From an uncultured Actinomycetota bacterium (GTDB lineage: Bacteria; Actinomycetota; UBA4738; HRBIN12), in contig CAVXJL010000013.1 in the NCBI GenBank assembly GCA_963762015.1, forward strand, positions 27,709 through 91,708: a DNA stretch of 64,000 bases, written 5' to 3'. Positions within the stretch are counted from its first letter, which is position 1, and the number at the start of each line of letters is the position of its first letter. Below, piece by piece: positions 31,326 through 39,894 of the stretch. The position numbers and the translations under genes were made by a program. The notes under the pieces were generated by a model. That model searched no databases. It saw only the letters and a program-made list of their open reading frames with translations, and was not told the DNA's origin.

Positions 31326-31712
31326 TCAGCCGGAGCGGTCCTCGAGGCCGTATTTCGTGACGAGGGAGAGGTAGTCCCGTTGATAGAAGACCTTGCATCG
31401 GATCTCCGGATAGCGCTCCCGGAGCTGCCGGACCTTCCTGTTCTTCCGGGTCACCAGCTTCTGGTTGAGCGTGGTGATCTCGATGTAGAGATCGAACTCC
31501 GGAAGGAAGAAGTCGGGGGTGAATCGACGGACGACGTGCCCCTCACGGTCCCATTCGATATCGAAGGAGGTGGGCTCGTAGTCCCAGGGGATCCCGTAGA
31601 AGTCGAGGAGCTGGGCGAACTGGCGCTCGGAAGCGTGGGCGAAGCGAACGGTGTCGCTCTTAGGCAGAGACTCCCCTATCGATGCGGCTGGGGCCTCGGC
31701 GGGAGCGCTCAC
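31326..31712 (-). CDS. hypothetical protein with PD-(D/E)xK-like nuclease motif (FTPDFFLPEFDLYIEIT)
   Basis: Probable GTG start overlapping the MerR stop (GTGA). 26 nt upstream of gcvPA; no recognisable family. Confidence 0.4.
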   Translation of the reverse strand: MSAPAEAPAASIGESLPKSDTVRFAHASERQFAQLLDFYGIPWDYEPTSFDIEWDREGHVVRRFTPDFFLPEFDLYIEITTLNQKLVTRKNRKVRQLRERYPEIRCKVFYQRDYLSLVTKYGLEDRSG

Positions 31713-32129
31713 GAGCCTCCTGCGGCCGCCCGCTTGCGTTTGGAAAGGGTCCCCTCCAGATCGTTCCATACCTGGTCGAGGGCGATCGCGAAGACGCCCT
31801 GCCCCTTCTGCAGGAGGTCGATCACGGCCTCCGGCGAGTGCGCCTCGTAGACCCCGCGGCCGTCAGACATCAACGTGACCCCGTGCGTCGGCCGCTTCAT
31901 GGACTGCAGGTGCTCCACGGCCTTGCGGACCCGCCGGAGGGACACCCCCGTGTCCAGGAGCTTCTTGATCACCTTGAGCGACACGAGGTCCTGGAACGAG
32001 TAGAGCCTCTGGGTCCCGGAGCCGTGAGCGTCGCGGATCGAGGGGGTCACCAGCTCGGTCCTGGCCCAGTAATCGAGCTGTCGATAGCTGATGCCGACGA
32101 TCCGGCAGACGTCCGGTACCCGATAGCCT
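31709..32129 (-). CDS. MerR family transcriptional regulator
   Basis: MSEEGYRVPDVCRIVGISYRQLDYWARTELV HTH; 140 aa; corresponds to the MerR-like gene of the mycobacterial gcv/garA locus. Confidence 0.75.
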
Positions 32130-32172
32130 TCTTCGCTCATCACAGCTCCGTAATTACGACCGTGTCGTCGCA

Positions 32173-32201
32173 GCGTAGGTCCGGAGGAGTCACGTGTCAA
32201 T
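32173..32201 (-). promoter_or_regulatory. putative promoter of the MerR gene (-35 TTGACA, 17 bp, -10 TACGCT) overlapping a GGTCC...GGACC palindrome
   Basis: Minus-strand TTGACAcgtgactcctccggaccTACGCT ~35 nt upstream of the ATG. The palindrome GGTCCggaggagtcacgtgtcaatGGACC spans the spacer. Confidence 0.4.
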
Positions 32202-32320
32202 GGACCCGTAGTTCTCGGCTCAGGCCGGGCTCAAGGTCCTGAGGCGGTCTGTCGATGAATCAACTACCCACAAGCAGGTATCGAAATCCGGTGGGCATAA
32301 GCCGAAAGAAGACGAACATC

Positions 32321-32782
32321 ATGAAACGCACGCGGATCGCACTGACCAGGGTCGCCATCTTGGCGATGTTCTTGACGGCTTTCACCGCGCTCGCCCCTTC
32401 CCCGGCGCACGCGGCGACCACCGCTCGTGGACGCCTGTATGAGGCCACGAACAACAGCCGTCAGAGCAACGGGGTTCGCCGGGTCGGCATCCACTACACG
32501 ATCTCCCGGCTCGCCCGCAAGCACAGCATCGCGATGGCGAACAGGGGCTCGATCTTCCACACGACGAACCCATCCTCGTTCTACCTCCGGGGCGTCAACT
32601 GGTCGACCTGGGGCGAGAACGTCGGCGTCACGGGCGGCACGATCACCGGGATGCAGTCGGCCTTCATGAACTCACCCGGTCACCGTTCGAACATCCTGAA
32701 CCGTGGATTCCATCGGGTGGCGGTCGGCACCTACCGCGACGCCAACGGCTTCCTTTGGGTCACGGTCTTCTTCTACGGCTGA
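32321..32782 (+). CDS. secreted CAP-domain (SCP/PR-1/YkwD-like) protein, paralog 2
   Basis: Signal peptide MKRTRIALTRVAILAMFLTAFTALAPSPAHA. Same CAP motifs as paralog 1 (HS.AMAN.GSIFH..., HRSNIL, GFLWVTVFFYG). Confidence 0.7.
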   Translation: MKRTRIALTRVAILAMFLTAFTALAPSPAHAATTARGRLYEATNNSRQSNGVRRVGIHYTISRLARKHSIAMANRGSIFHTTNPSSFYLRGVNWSTWGENVGVTGGTITGMQSAFMNSPGHRSNILNRGFHRVAVGTYRDANGFLWVTVFFYG

Positions 32783-32830
32783 GCCGCTCCACCGCTCCCG
32801 CCGCACTCGATCTGGGGACGTCGACGCCCG

Positions 32831-33322
32831 TCAGGGCTCCGGCGTCCCCTCGGGCTTGAAGTCCTCCGGCGTCACATTGTCGAGGAACTCGCGGAACTTC
32901 TCCACCTCTTCCTCTTCTTCCCCCGGGATCAAGATCGCGGCCTCATCGAGAACGTCCTCGCTGGCGAAGATCGGCACGGATAGCCGCACGGCGAGCGCGA
33001 TCGCGTCGGAAGGCCGCGAGCTCACCTCGTAGTGGTCTCCGTTGCGCTGGAGGTCGATCGTGGCGTAGAACGTGGAGTCCCGGAGTTCGGTCACCACGAT
33101 CTTCTCGACGGCGACCGAAAGGTCCTCGAGGATGTTCTTCATCAGGTCGTGCGTCATGGGCCGAGGGGTCTGCACTCCCTGGAGCGACAGCGCGATCGCC
33201 GCGGCTTCGGAGGCACCGATCCAGATCGGGAGATATCGCTCTCCGTCCCTCTCGCGGAGCAGCACGATGGGCTGATTGGTCGGAAGCTCCACCCGAACGC
33301 CCTCCAGCTGCATCTCGATCAT
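32831..33322 (-). CDS. DUF151 bifunctional-nuclease-family protein
   Basis: MIEMQLEGVRVELPTNQPIVLLRERDGERYLPIWIG... typical DUF151; start at internal Met (the longer ORF overlaps hpt). Confidence 0.7.
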   Translation of the reverse strand: MIEMQLEGVRVELPTNQPIVLLRERDGERYLPIWIGASEAAAIALSLQGVQTPRPMTHDLMKNILEDLSVAVEKIVVTELRDSTFYATIDLQRNGDHYEVSSRPSDAIALAVRLSVPIFASEDVLDEAAILIPGEEEEEVEKFREFLDNVTPEDFKPEGTPEP

Positions 33323-33365
33323 CGTCGTGCTGGCACTGTACGAGGCGCCCGCGACCGAGCGCAAC

Positions 33366-33944
33366 CTAGCCGGCGGACACCAGATGCGAGAGCAACGCGT
33401 CCGGGTCGGCCTTGAGCGCGTTCGTGTCCGAGATCTCGAGGATGTCGGCCAGGTTCCGGTATCGCTCCTCGAAGTCGAGGCCGTAACCGACCACGAAGCT
33501 GTCCGGGCAGTCGAAACCCACGTAGCGAGGATGGAGAGGCACGATCCGACGGACCGACCGGTCGAGCAGGGTGCACAGCTCGAGCGACGCAGGACGGCGC
33601 GCACGCAGGATCGACAACAGGTAGGAGAGGGTGAGTCCGGTGTCGACGATGTCTTCGACCAGCAGCACGTCCCGGTCGGTCAGATCGACCTCGACATCGA
33701 GCAGGATCCGCACCCGGCCCATCGACTCCTCGGCCGCGCCGTAGGGGCTGATGGCCATCATGTGCGTCTCGAGCGGCAGCGGCATCTGCCGGATGAGGTC
33801 TGCGAGGAACACCGTGCCGCCTTTGAGCACCGAGATCAGGACGGGCTCCCGCCCCACGTAGTCCCCGGTGATCGTGCGGCCGAGCTCCTCCACCCGGCGG
33901 CGGATGTCCTCGCGGCCGAACAGCACGCGAGCGAGCTCCGTCAT
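33366..33944 (-). CDS. hpt: hypoxanthine-guanine phosphoribosyltransferase
   Basis: PRPP-binding motif VLLVEDIVDTGLTLSYL; 192 aa. Confidence 0.85.
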   Translation of the reverse strand: MTELARVLFGREDIRRRVEELGRTITGDYVGREPVLISVLKGGTVFLADLIRQMPLPLETHMMAISPYGAAEESMGRVRILLDVEVDLTDRDVLLVEDIVDTGLTLSYLLSILRARRPASLELCTLLDRSVRRIVPLHPRYVGFDCPDSFVVGYGLDFEERYRNLADILEISDTNALKADPDALLSHLVSAG

Positions 33945-34011
33945 CGGCTCGGGAGCCTAACATCAGCCCGGCGACCGCCCGGGACCTCGCGAACGACGGC
34001 CCGGATGGAAC

Positions 34012-35283
34012 TCAGTCGAGGAGGGCGGTGACCACCGCGGTGACCGCACCCGAGACGGCCTCGGCAGCTCTCCCCCACCATGGGCCCACGGGCTCCTCGG
34101 GGACGCCGAGGTCCGCCGCGACGATGGGCACCCTCCCCAGCGTGTCTCCGGAGGCCGCCAATCGAAGCGTGCCCAGAACCGAGCCGGCGGGCGGCGGATA
34201 CGCGGCGGCGGGTGATGTCTTGAGGAACCGCTCGGTCGCGCCGTTCGCCTCGATCCACACCAGGGCGTCGAGGCCGGCGCCCGCCACGACCGGCACCTCC
34301 CCGCCGCGTACCCGTACGCTTCCCAGAGGCTCGCCCTCCTCCACGAGGGTCCGGCGCTCGTAGGCGGCGAACCCGTGGTTGAGAAGTGCGGCGGCGTCGG
34401 AGAAGACCTCGTCTCGGCCGCCGAGCACCACCGCGGCGAGCTCCCTGTCACCCCGACGGGCCGTGGCGATCAGGCAGAAGCCCGAGCCCGCCGTGAACCC
34501 CGTCTTGACGCCCGTGGCGCCCGGATACAGCCAGAGCATGACGTTACGGTTCTGGATCTTCCGCGGCCGCGCCGAACCTGATCGGACCACCGCGAGCCTG
34601 CGACCGACCAGGTCGCGGAAGGTGGCATCCCGCAACGCCGTGCGAAGCAGGAGCACGAGGTCGGCCGCCGACGAACGACCTCGGTCGTCGAGGCCGTGCG
34701 GCGACGCGAACCTCGTCCGGGACATGCCGAGAGCCTTCGCTCGCGCGTTCATGCGACGCACGAAAGCGGAAACGCTCCCCGATCCATCGATCGCGAGGGC
34801 TTCCGCTGCATCGTTCGCGGAGCCGAGCAGCAACCCGGCCAGCAGATCGCGGACCGACACGGGTTCACCGGACCGAAGGCCGAGGGTCGATCCCACGCCG
34901 TAGTCGTTGCGACCGAACACCGCGTCGGGGTGCACTCGAAGCGTCCGGTCGAGGCGTCCCTTCTCCTTCTCCAGAACGAGCAGCGCGGTCATGAGCTTCG
35001 TCAGGCTAGCCACCGGTCGTGCGTGGTCGGGTGCTCTTCGGAAGAGCACCTGTCCGGCGCCGAGGTCCACCAGGACCGCTGCCGACGCTTCCACGCGTGG
35101 CACGGGGATCGGGTCCCTCGGCGTCGTGAGGGTCGATAGGAACGGCGACGGTGAGCCGTTCGATGGCACCGGCGTGGGCGGAGGCTTCGACTGGGGTGCG
35201 AGTGAGCCGAACGCCGAGACCTGGGCGAGCAAGACCAGGAGAGGAAGGACGGCGACGGCGCCCCTGGCGGCGCGCCGTTTCAC
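34012..35283 (-). CDS. D-alanyl-D-alanine carboxypeptidase (S11, PBP5/6-like), secreted
   Basis: Signal peptide; SxxK (ASLTKLMT), SxN (GSAND) and KTG (VKTGFT) motifs. Confidence 0.8.
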   Translation of the reverse strand: MKRRAARGAVAVLPLLVLLAQVSAFGSLAPQSKPPPTPVPSNGSPSPFLSTLTTPRDPIPVPRVEASAAVLVDLGAGQVLFRRAPDHARPVASLTKLMTALLVLEKEKGRLDRTLRVHPDAVFGRNDYGVGSTLGLRSGEPVSVRDLLAGLLLGSANDAAEALAIDGSGSVSAFVRRMNARAKALGMSRTRFASPHGLDDRGRSSAADLVLLLRTALRDATFRDLVGRRLAVVRSGSARPRKIQNRNVMLWLYPGATGVKTGFTAGSGFCLIATARRGDRELAAVVLGGRDEVFSDAAALLNHGFAAYERRTLVEEGEPLGSVRVRGGEVPVVAGAGLDALVWIEANGATERFLKTSPAAAYPPPAGSVLGTLRLAASGDTLGRVPIVAADLGVPEEPVGPWWGRAAEAVSGAVTAVVTALLD

Positions 35284-36011
35284 GCGCTACGGAGGTGGTC
35301 GCGCAGGTTGGTGCGGAGCAACGCCTGCTTGAACTTCCGAGACGTCGAGGAAAGGTTCGCCAGGGTCTGGGCGGCCGTTCGGCGTGCATCCGGGTTCTTC
35401 TGACGGAGCGTCGGGGCAACGATCTGATCGAAGAACGACGACTCACGATCCGCGAAGTGCTTGTACATGGTGAGGTGCCGCGCCTCGATCCCGTACCGGA
35501 AGAAGTCCTTCACGATCGACAGGATGATGAAGTCGTCACCGTCGTAGTAGCGAGCGCCCTCAGGACCGTGTGAGGAGATGATGCCGAACGCCTCGAGCTC
35601 CTTGATCCGATCCCGCTCGATGCCGGTGGCGGTCGACATCTCTTCGAGCGACATCTGGAGCCCCGTCGGGGCCTCCGCGATCTCCTCGACCAGCGACGCC
35701 TCCTCGTCGGTCCCGACCTCACCGTCGGCCGACCCCTCAAGGTCACCGGCCCCCGCGTCCTGACTGAGCAGGCGCTCCTTGATCACCTTGAGGGGCAGGT
35801 ACTCGTCTCGCTGCATCCGAAGGATCGACTTCAAACGCTCGACGTCGGGGCTGTAGAACTTCCGGTAGCCGGACGGCGTCCGCTCGGGCTCGATCAGACC
35901 CTCGGCTTCGAGGAATCGGATCTTCGAGATGGTGATATCGGGGAACTCGGTCTTCACGGACACGAGGACCTCCCCGATCGACTGGTAGTTGCGTGTGCCG
36001 GCCATCTGCAC
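35280..36011 (-). CDS. MerR family transcriptional regulator (second paralog at this locus)
   Basis: N-terminal MerR HTH (YQSIGEVLVSVKTEFPDITISKIRFLEAEGLIEPERTPSGYRKF) plus long C-terminal effector/coiled region. Confidence 0.75.
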   Translation of the reverse strand: MQMAGTRNYQSIGEVLVSVKTEFPDITISKIRFLEAEGLIEPERTPSGYRKFYSPDVERLKSILRMQRDEYLPLKVIKERLLSQDAGAGDLEGSADGEVGTDEEASLVEEIAEAPTGLQMSLEEMSTATGIERDRIKELEAFGIISSHGPEGARYYDGDDFIILSIVKDFFRYGIEARHLTMYKHFADRESSFFDQIVAPTLRQKNPDARRTAAQTLANLSSTSRKFKQALLRTNLRDHLRSA

Positions 36012-36012
36012 C

Positions 36013-36522
36013 TCACTCCCCTGCCTGGAAGAACGTCAGCCTGAATCGCCCGATCTGTACCTGATCGCCCGTGGCGAGCTTCGTCTCATCGACCTGCTCG
36101 CCGTTCACGTACGTGCCGTTGAGGCTGCCCGCATCACGGACGAACCACTCGCCGCCCGGCCGGCGTTCGAACGTGGCATGCCTTCGGGAAACGGTGATGT
36201 CGTCGAGGAACACGACGCTGTCCGTGTTGCGCCCCACGCTGGACGAGTCCGTGTCGAGGAGGAAGGTCGACCCGGCGTTCGGCCCACGCTTCACCTGAAC
36301 CAGCGCTTGCCCGGTCTCGAGCTCATCTTCCGGGAACGGGAACTCGACGTTCTCGTCATCCTCGGACTCGACCGGCGTGAGGCTGACCGTCGAGTCCTCC
36401 TGAAGAGGAGCTCCGCAGTTGGCACAGAAGCGCGCGTCGTCGCGGTTGGGATGTCCACAACGCGTACAGAACACCGTCAAGTTCCCCTCTGGTCCAACGT
36501 CGGGTGAACGGTCCAGGGTCAT
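36013..36522 (-). CDS. garA: FHA-domain protein GarA/OdhI-like with N-terminal zinc ribbon
   Basis: CTRCGHPNRDDARFCANCG zinc ribbon; C-terminal FHA (GRNTDSVVFLDDITVSRRHATFERRPGGEWFVRDAGSLNGTYVNGE). Confidence 0.8.
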   Translation of the reverse strand: MTLDRSPDVGPEGNLTVFCTRCGHPNRDDARFCANCGAPLQEDSTVSLTPVESEDDENVEFPFPEDELETGQALVQVKRGPNAGSTFLLDTDSSSVGRNTDSVVFLDDITVSRRHATFERRPGGEWFVRDAGSLNGTYVNGEQVDETKLATGDQVQIGRFRLTFFQAGE

Positions 36523-36551
36523 GTGGAATCGTGGACCTCGATGCGCCGTGG

Positions 36552-36580
36552 ACGTTATCGCAGGGTATGAGAAGGGTCAA
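36552..36580 (-). promoter_or_regulatory. putative garA promoter (-35 TTGACC, 17 bp, -10 TAACGT)
   Basis: Minus-strand TTGACCcttctcataccctgcgaTAACGT ~30 nt upstream of the garA start. Confidence 0.4.
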
Positions 36581-36684
36581 CCGCGCCTTCGCCCAACCCT
36601 CGACCCGTGTGATCGGTCACCCTCGACCTGGGCTGCAGTCTGAGTCGAGGGTCGAGACGGAGGCGTAGGAGCGCGAGACGCCAG

Positions 36685-37068
36685 TCAGGAGCTTGAGATG
36701 TGCTCCTGGTACCCGCCGCTGTCCAGGAGCGTGTCGACCTCGGCCGCGTCCGAGGGCTCGATCGCGACGAGCCACCCGTCGCCGTAAGGCTGCTCGTTCA
36801 CGAGTTCCGGCTTCTCCTCCAACGCTCCGTTCCGTTCCACGATCGTGCCCGAGACCGGTGCGTACACGTCCGACACGGACTTCGTGGATTCGACCTCGCC
36901 GAACGGCTGACCCGCAGAGACCTGCGTGCCCGGCTCGGGAAGATCCACATAGACGACGTCGCCGAGCGCGTCCTGTGCGAAGTCTGTGATGCCGACGCGT
37001 ACGCGTCCGCTCTCCGATCTCGCCCACTCGTGCTCTCGGGAATAGCGCAGATCCTCGGGGTACTCCAC
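36685..37068 (-). CDS. gcvH: glycine cleavage system H protein
   Basis: Lipoyl-lysine motif GEVESTKSVSDVYAPVSG; 127 aa. Confidence 0.9.
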   Translation of the reverse strand: MEYPEDLRYSREHEWARSESGRVRVGITDFAQDALGDVVYVDLPEPGTQVSAGQPFGEVESTKSVSDVYAPVSGTIVERNGALEEKPELVNEQPYGDGWLVAIEPSDAAEVDTLLDSGGYQEHISSS

Positions 37069-37140
37069 TCGGTCTCCCTGTCCTTTCTCTCGTGACCCTC
37101 GTGTCTCTCGTGACTCTGGAAGTGTCCTTCTCGGCCTCTT

Positions 37141-37719
37141 CTATCCCTCGAGCACCCCCCGGGGGGCGAGTGCGTCGCGAACGTCGATCGCGTAGAGGCC
37201 CGCCGCCACGTAGTACTCGACGATCCCGACCACGTACGCGAGCCATCCTCCGACCAGGAGGACCTCTCCGAACGGCCCTCCGGCATCGCCCCAGGCGATC
37301 CACGCGACCGCTGCCATGAGCGAGGCCGTGGCGATCTTCCCGATCCACCTGACCTCGACGCGGATGTCCCTGCCCCAGAGCACCGCGGCGCCTCCGAGGA
37401 GGACCGCGACGTCTCGAACGAGGATCAGGGCGGCGGCCCAGAACGGGAAGATGCCGATGATCGAGAATGTCACCAGACCGGCGCCGATCGCGAGACGATC
37501 GGCGACCGGATCGAGGATCCGCCCCAGCTCGCTCACCTGGCCGGTCCTCCGCGCCACGTACCCGTCGATCCAGTCGGTGCTGACGACGACCGCGAACAGG
37601 AAGATGCCCCACAGACGCGTCCGCTCGTTGGCCGACAGCCAGCAGAAGGCCGGGATCAGAACGATGCGTGCCAACGACAGAACGTTGGGGACGGTGAGGA
37701 CGGCGGAGGATGCCGGCAT
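37141..37719 (-). CDS. pgsA: CDP-alcohol phosphatidyltransferase (PgsA-like)
   Basis: DWIDGYVARRTGQVSELGRILDPVADRL = D-G-x2-A-R-x8-G-x3-D-x3-D motif; multi-TM. Confidence 0.8.
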   Translation of the reverse strand: MPASSAVLTVPNVLSLARIVLIPAFCWLSANERTRLWGIFLFAVVVSTDWIDGYVARRTGQVSELGRILDPVADRLAIGAGLVTFSIIGIFPFWAAALILVRDVAVLLGGAAVLWGRDIRVEVRWIGKIATASLMAAVAWIAWGDAGGPFGEVLLVGGWLAYVVGIVEYYVAAGLYAIDVRDALAPRGVLEG

Positions 37720-37741
37720 GGTCTCCGTCGTTCCTCTCATC

Positions 37742-37818
37742 GGTCGGGCCGGCCGGATTCGAACCGGCGACCTTCTGACCCCCAGTCAGACGCGCTAACC
37801 AAGCTGCGCCACGGCCCG
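37742..37818 (-). tRNA. tRNA-Pro (anticodon GGG)
   Basis: Cloverleaf folds by hand: acceptor CGGGCCG/CGGCCCG, D-arm GCGC/GCGC, anticodon stem TCTGA/TCAGA with loop CTGGGGG (U33, GGG), T-arm GCCGG-TTCGAAT-CCGGC, discriminator A. Confidence 0.85.
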
Positions 37819-37855
37819 TGGGCCGAAGTGTAGCGGGTGGCTCCGCGCTCCACCT

Positions 37856-39220
37856 TCATCGCGATCGGCCGCGCGTTCGCGTGCGGAAGCTCATCCGGAG
37901 TGGTACGCCGTCGAGACGGAACGCTTCGCGGAACCTGTTCTCGACGTATCGGCGGTAGCCGGGACCGGGGGCTCGGCCGCCACCGAAGATGACGAAGGAG
38001 GGCGGCCGCGTCGCGACCTGTGCCGCATAGTGCAGGGTCCCGGAAGACCGGGGTGGAGGCTGCGCGCCCTGTGCTTCCTGAAGGACCTCGTTCACCCGCG
38101 AGGTGGACGCTCGCCCGGACCAACGCCGACGGAGGTCCAGGAGCAGCTCCGGGATGCGGGCGACGCCTTGACCGCGGACGGCGGAGCTCCGAACCACCGT
38201 GGCGCGTCCCAGCATCCTCGCGTCCTCGGTCAGCTGCTTGAAGTGGCGGTCCTTGTCTTCCACGAGATCCCATTTGTTGGCGACCAGGAGGAGTGCCTTG
38301 CCCGCCTCGAGCACGCGGAACGCGATCTTCTCGTCCTCGGCTGTGAGGCCCTCGGTGGCGTCGAAGATCACGGCGACGGCATCAGCTCGGTCGATCGCCG
38401 CCGCCGCCCGAACGAAGCTGTAGTACTCGACGCCCTGCACGCGGATCTCGCGGCGCATGCCCGCGGTGTCCACGAATCGGACCTGGCCCGCGCCAGGCCA
38501 CTCGACCAGCGCATCGACGCTGTCGCGGGTGGTTCCGGCCTCTTCGAAGACGACGGCCCGCTCCTCGCCCACGAGCCGGTTGAACAGGCTGGACTTGCCC
38601 ACGTTCGGCCGTCCGACCAGTGCGAATCTTGGTTCTTCCGGTCCTCGCGCGGCGCCCCCGCCCTCATCGGCCTCGTCATCGCGGGCCTTGCCATCCCGAA
38701 CCTCGCCCTCGTCGACCTTCGGCGCATCGGGCAAGAGATCGACCAGCCGGTCCAGAAGCTCCCCGATGCCGCGGCCGTGCTGCGCGGAGACGGCGATGGG
38801 ATCGCCCAGCCCGAGAGAATGGAACGCGGGGACATCCACCTCTTCGTGCCGAGAGTCGGTCTTGTTCACGACCACCAACACGGGTGACGTCGCCCTTCGG
38901 AGACGGCGCGCCAGCTGCGCGTCCTCCTCCGTGATCCCGGAAGCCACGTCCACGACCAGCAGCACCACGTCGGCCTCATCCATCGCCCGGATCGATTGCC
39001 GGCCCGCGAGCGCCTCGACACCCTTCGCGCGATGGAGATACCCGGCGGTGTCGATCAGCCCGAACCGCCTGCCGTTCCACGTCGCCTCGAGCTCGATCCG
39101 GTCCCGGGTCACACCGGGATCGTCATGGGCGATCGTCTCTCGCTTGCCGAAGAGCCTGTTGACCAGCGTCGACTTGCCCACGTTCTGCCGGCCCACGACG
39201 GCGATCCGAGGGACGGTCAC
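37856..39220 (-). CDS. der: ribosome-biogenesis GTPase Der (EngA), two GTP-binding domains + KH-like domain
   Basis: GRQNVGKST and GRPNVGKSS G1 motifs; DTAG motifs; acidic linker insertion. Confidence 0.9.
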   Translation of the reverse strand: MTVPRIAVVGRQNVGKSTLVNRLFGKRETIAHDDPGVTRDRIELEATWNGRRFGLIDTAGYLHRAKGVEALAGRQSIRAMDEADVVLLVVDVASGITEEDAQLARRLRRATSPVLVVVNKTDSRHEEVDVPAFHSLGLGDPIAVSAQHGRGIGELLDRLVDLLPDAPKVDEGEVRDGKARDDEADEGGGAARGPEEPRFALVGRPNVGKSSLFNRLVGEERAVVFEEAGTTRDSVDALVEWPGAGQVRFVDTAGMRREIRVQGVEYYSFVRAAAAIDRADAVAVIFDATEGLTAEDEKIAFRVLEAGKALLLVANKWDLVEDKDRHFKQLTEDARMLGRATVVRSSAVRGQGVARIPELLLDLRRRWSGRASTSRVNEVLQEAQGAQPPPRSSGTLHYAAQVATRPPSFVIFGGGRAPGPGYRRYVENRFREAFRLDGVPLRMSFRTRTRGRSR

Positions 39221-39894
39221 GGTCGCGAGCCTCCCGAGAGGAGCTCCGGCGCTCGCTCTTCGACGATCGCGAGTGCGGCTCGGAGCGTGCCGTCCACATC
39301 GAGCTCGCTCGTGTCGATCACGACCGCATCCTCGGCGGGGACGAGCGGGTTCACACGGGCGTCGCGCCGGTCGCGCTCGTGGAGCGCCCCGGCCACGTCC
39401 TCGACCCCCCGTTCTTCGACCCGCCGCCCTGCGCGCTCATGGGGTTCCGCGACGAGGAACATCTTCAGACGTGCATCCGGGAACACCGCGGAACCGATGT
39501 CTCGCCCCTCCATCACGGCCCCGCGCTCCCCTAGTGCCCGCTGCGCGGCCCGCATCGCCGCACGCACCTGGGGGTGCGTGGCGACGGTGCTCACGTCCGC
39601 CTCGACCTCGGCCGACTCGAGCTCCTCGGTCGGTCGCGCACCGTCGATCCAGAGCTCCCGGGGCTCGTCGTGGCGGACCGGAGGGCTCAACGTGAACTCC
39701 AGGGTCTCCATCAGGCGAACCAACCCCTCCGCATCCTCTGTCTGAACCTCTCGACGACGTGCTGCCAGCGTCAACGCCCGGTACATCGCCCCGGTGTTCA
39801 CGTACGGGAGGTGAAGCTCACGCGCGAGCAGCCGGGCGAGGGTGCTCTTGCCGCTTCCCGCCGCCCCGTCGATGGCCACCACAGCGGGCGTCAC
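39217..39894 (-). CDS. cmk: cytidylate kinase
   Basis: AIDGAAGSGKSTLARLLA P-loop; 225 aa; 4-nt overlap with der. Confidence 0.9.
   Translation of the reverse strand: MTPAVVAIDGAAGSGKSTLARLLARELHLPYVNTGAMYRALTLAARRREVQTEDAEGLVRLMETLEFTLSPPVRHDEPRELWIDGARPTEELESAEVEADVSTVATHPQVRAAMRAAQRALGERGAVMEGRDIGSAVFPDARLKMFLVAEPHERAGRRVEERGVEDVAGALHERDRRDARVNPLVPAEDAVVIDTSELDVDGTLRAALAIVEERAPELLSGGSRP

Noticed and set aside
31713-31769. Longer 147-aa version of the hypothetical ORF (31326-31769).
   Set aside because: Its first 19 codons overlap the C-terminus of the MerR gene. A GTG start at 31712 (GTGA overlap) gives a compact coupled arrangement instead.
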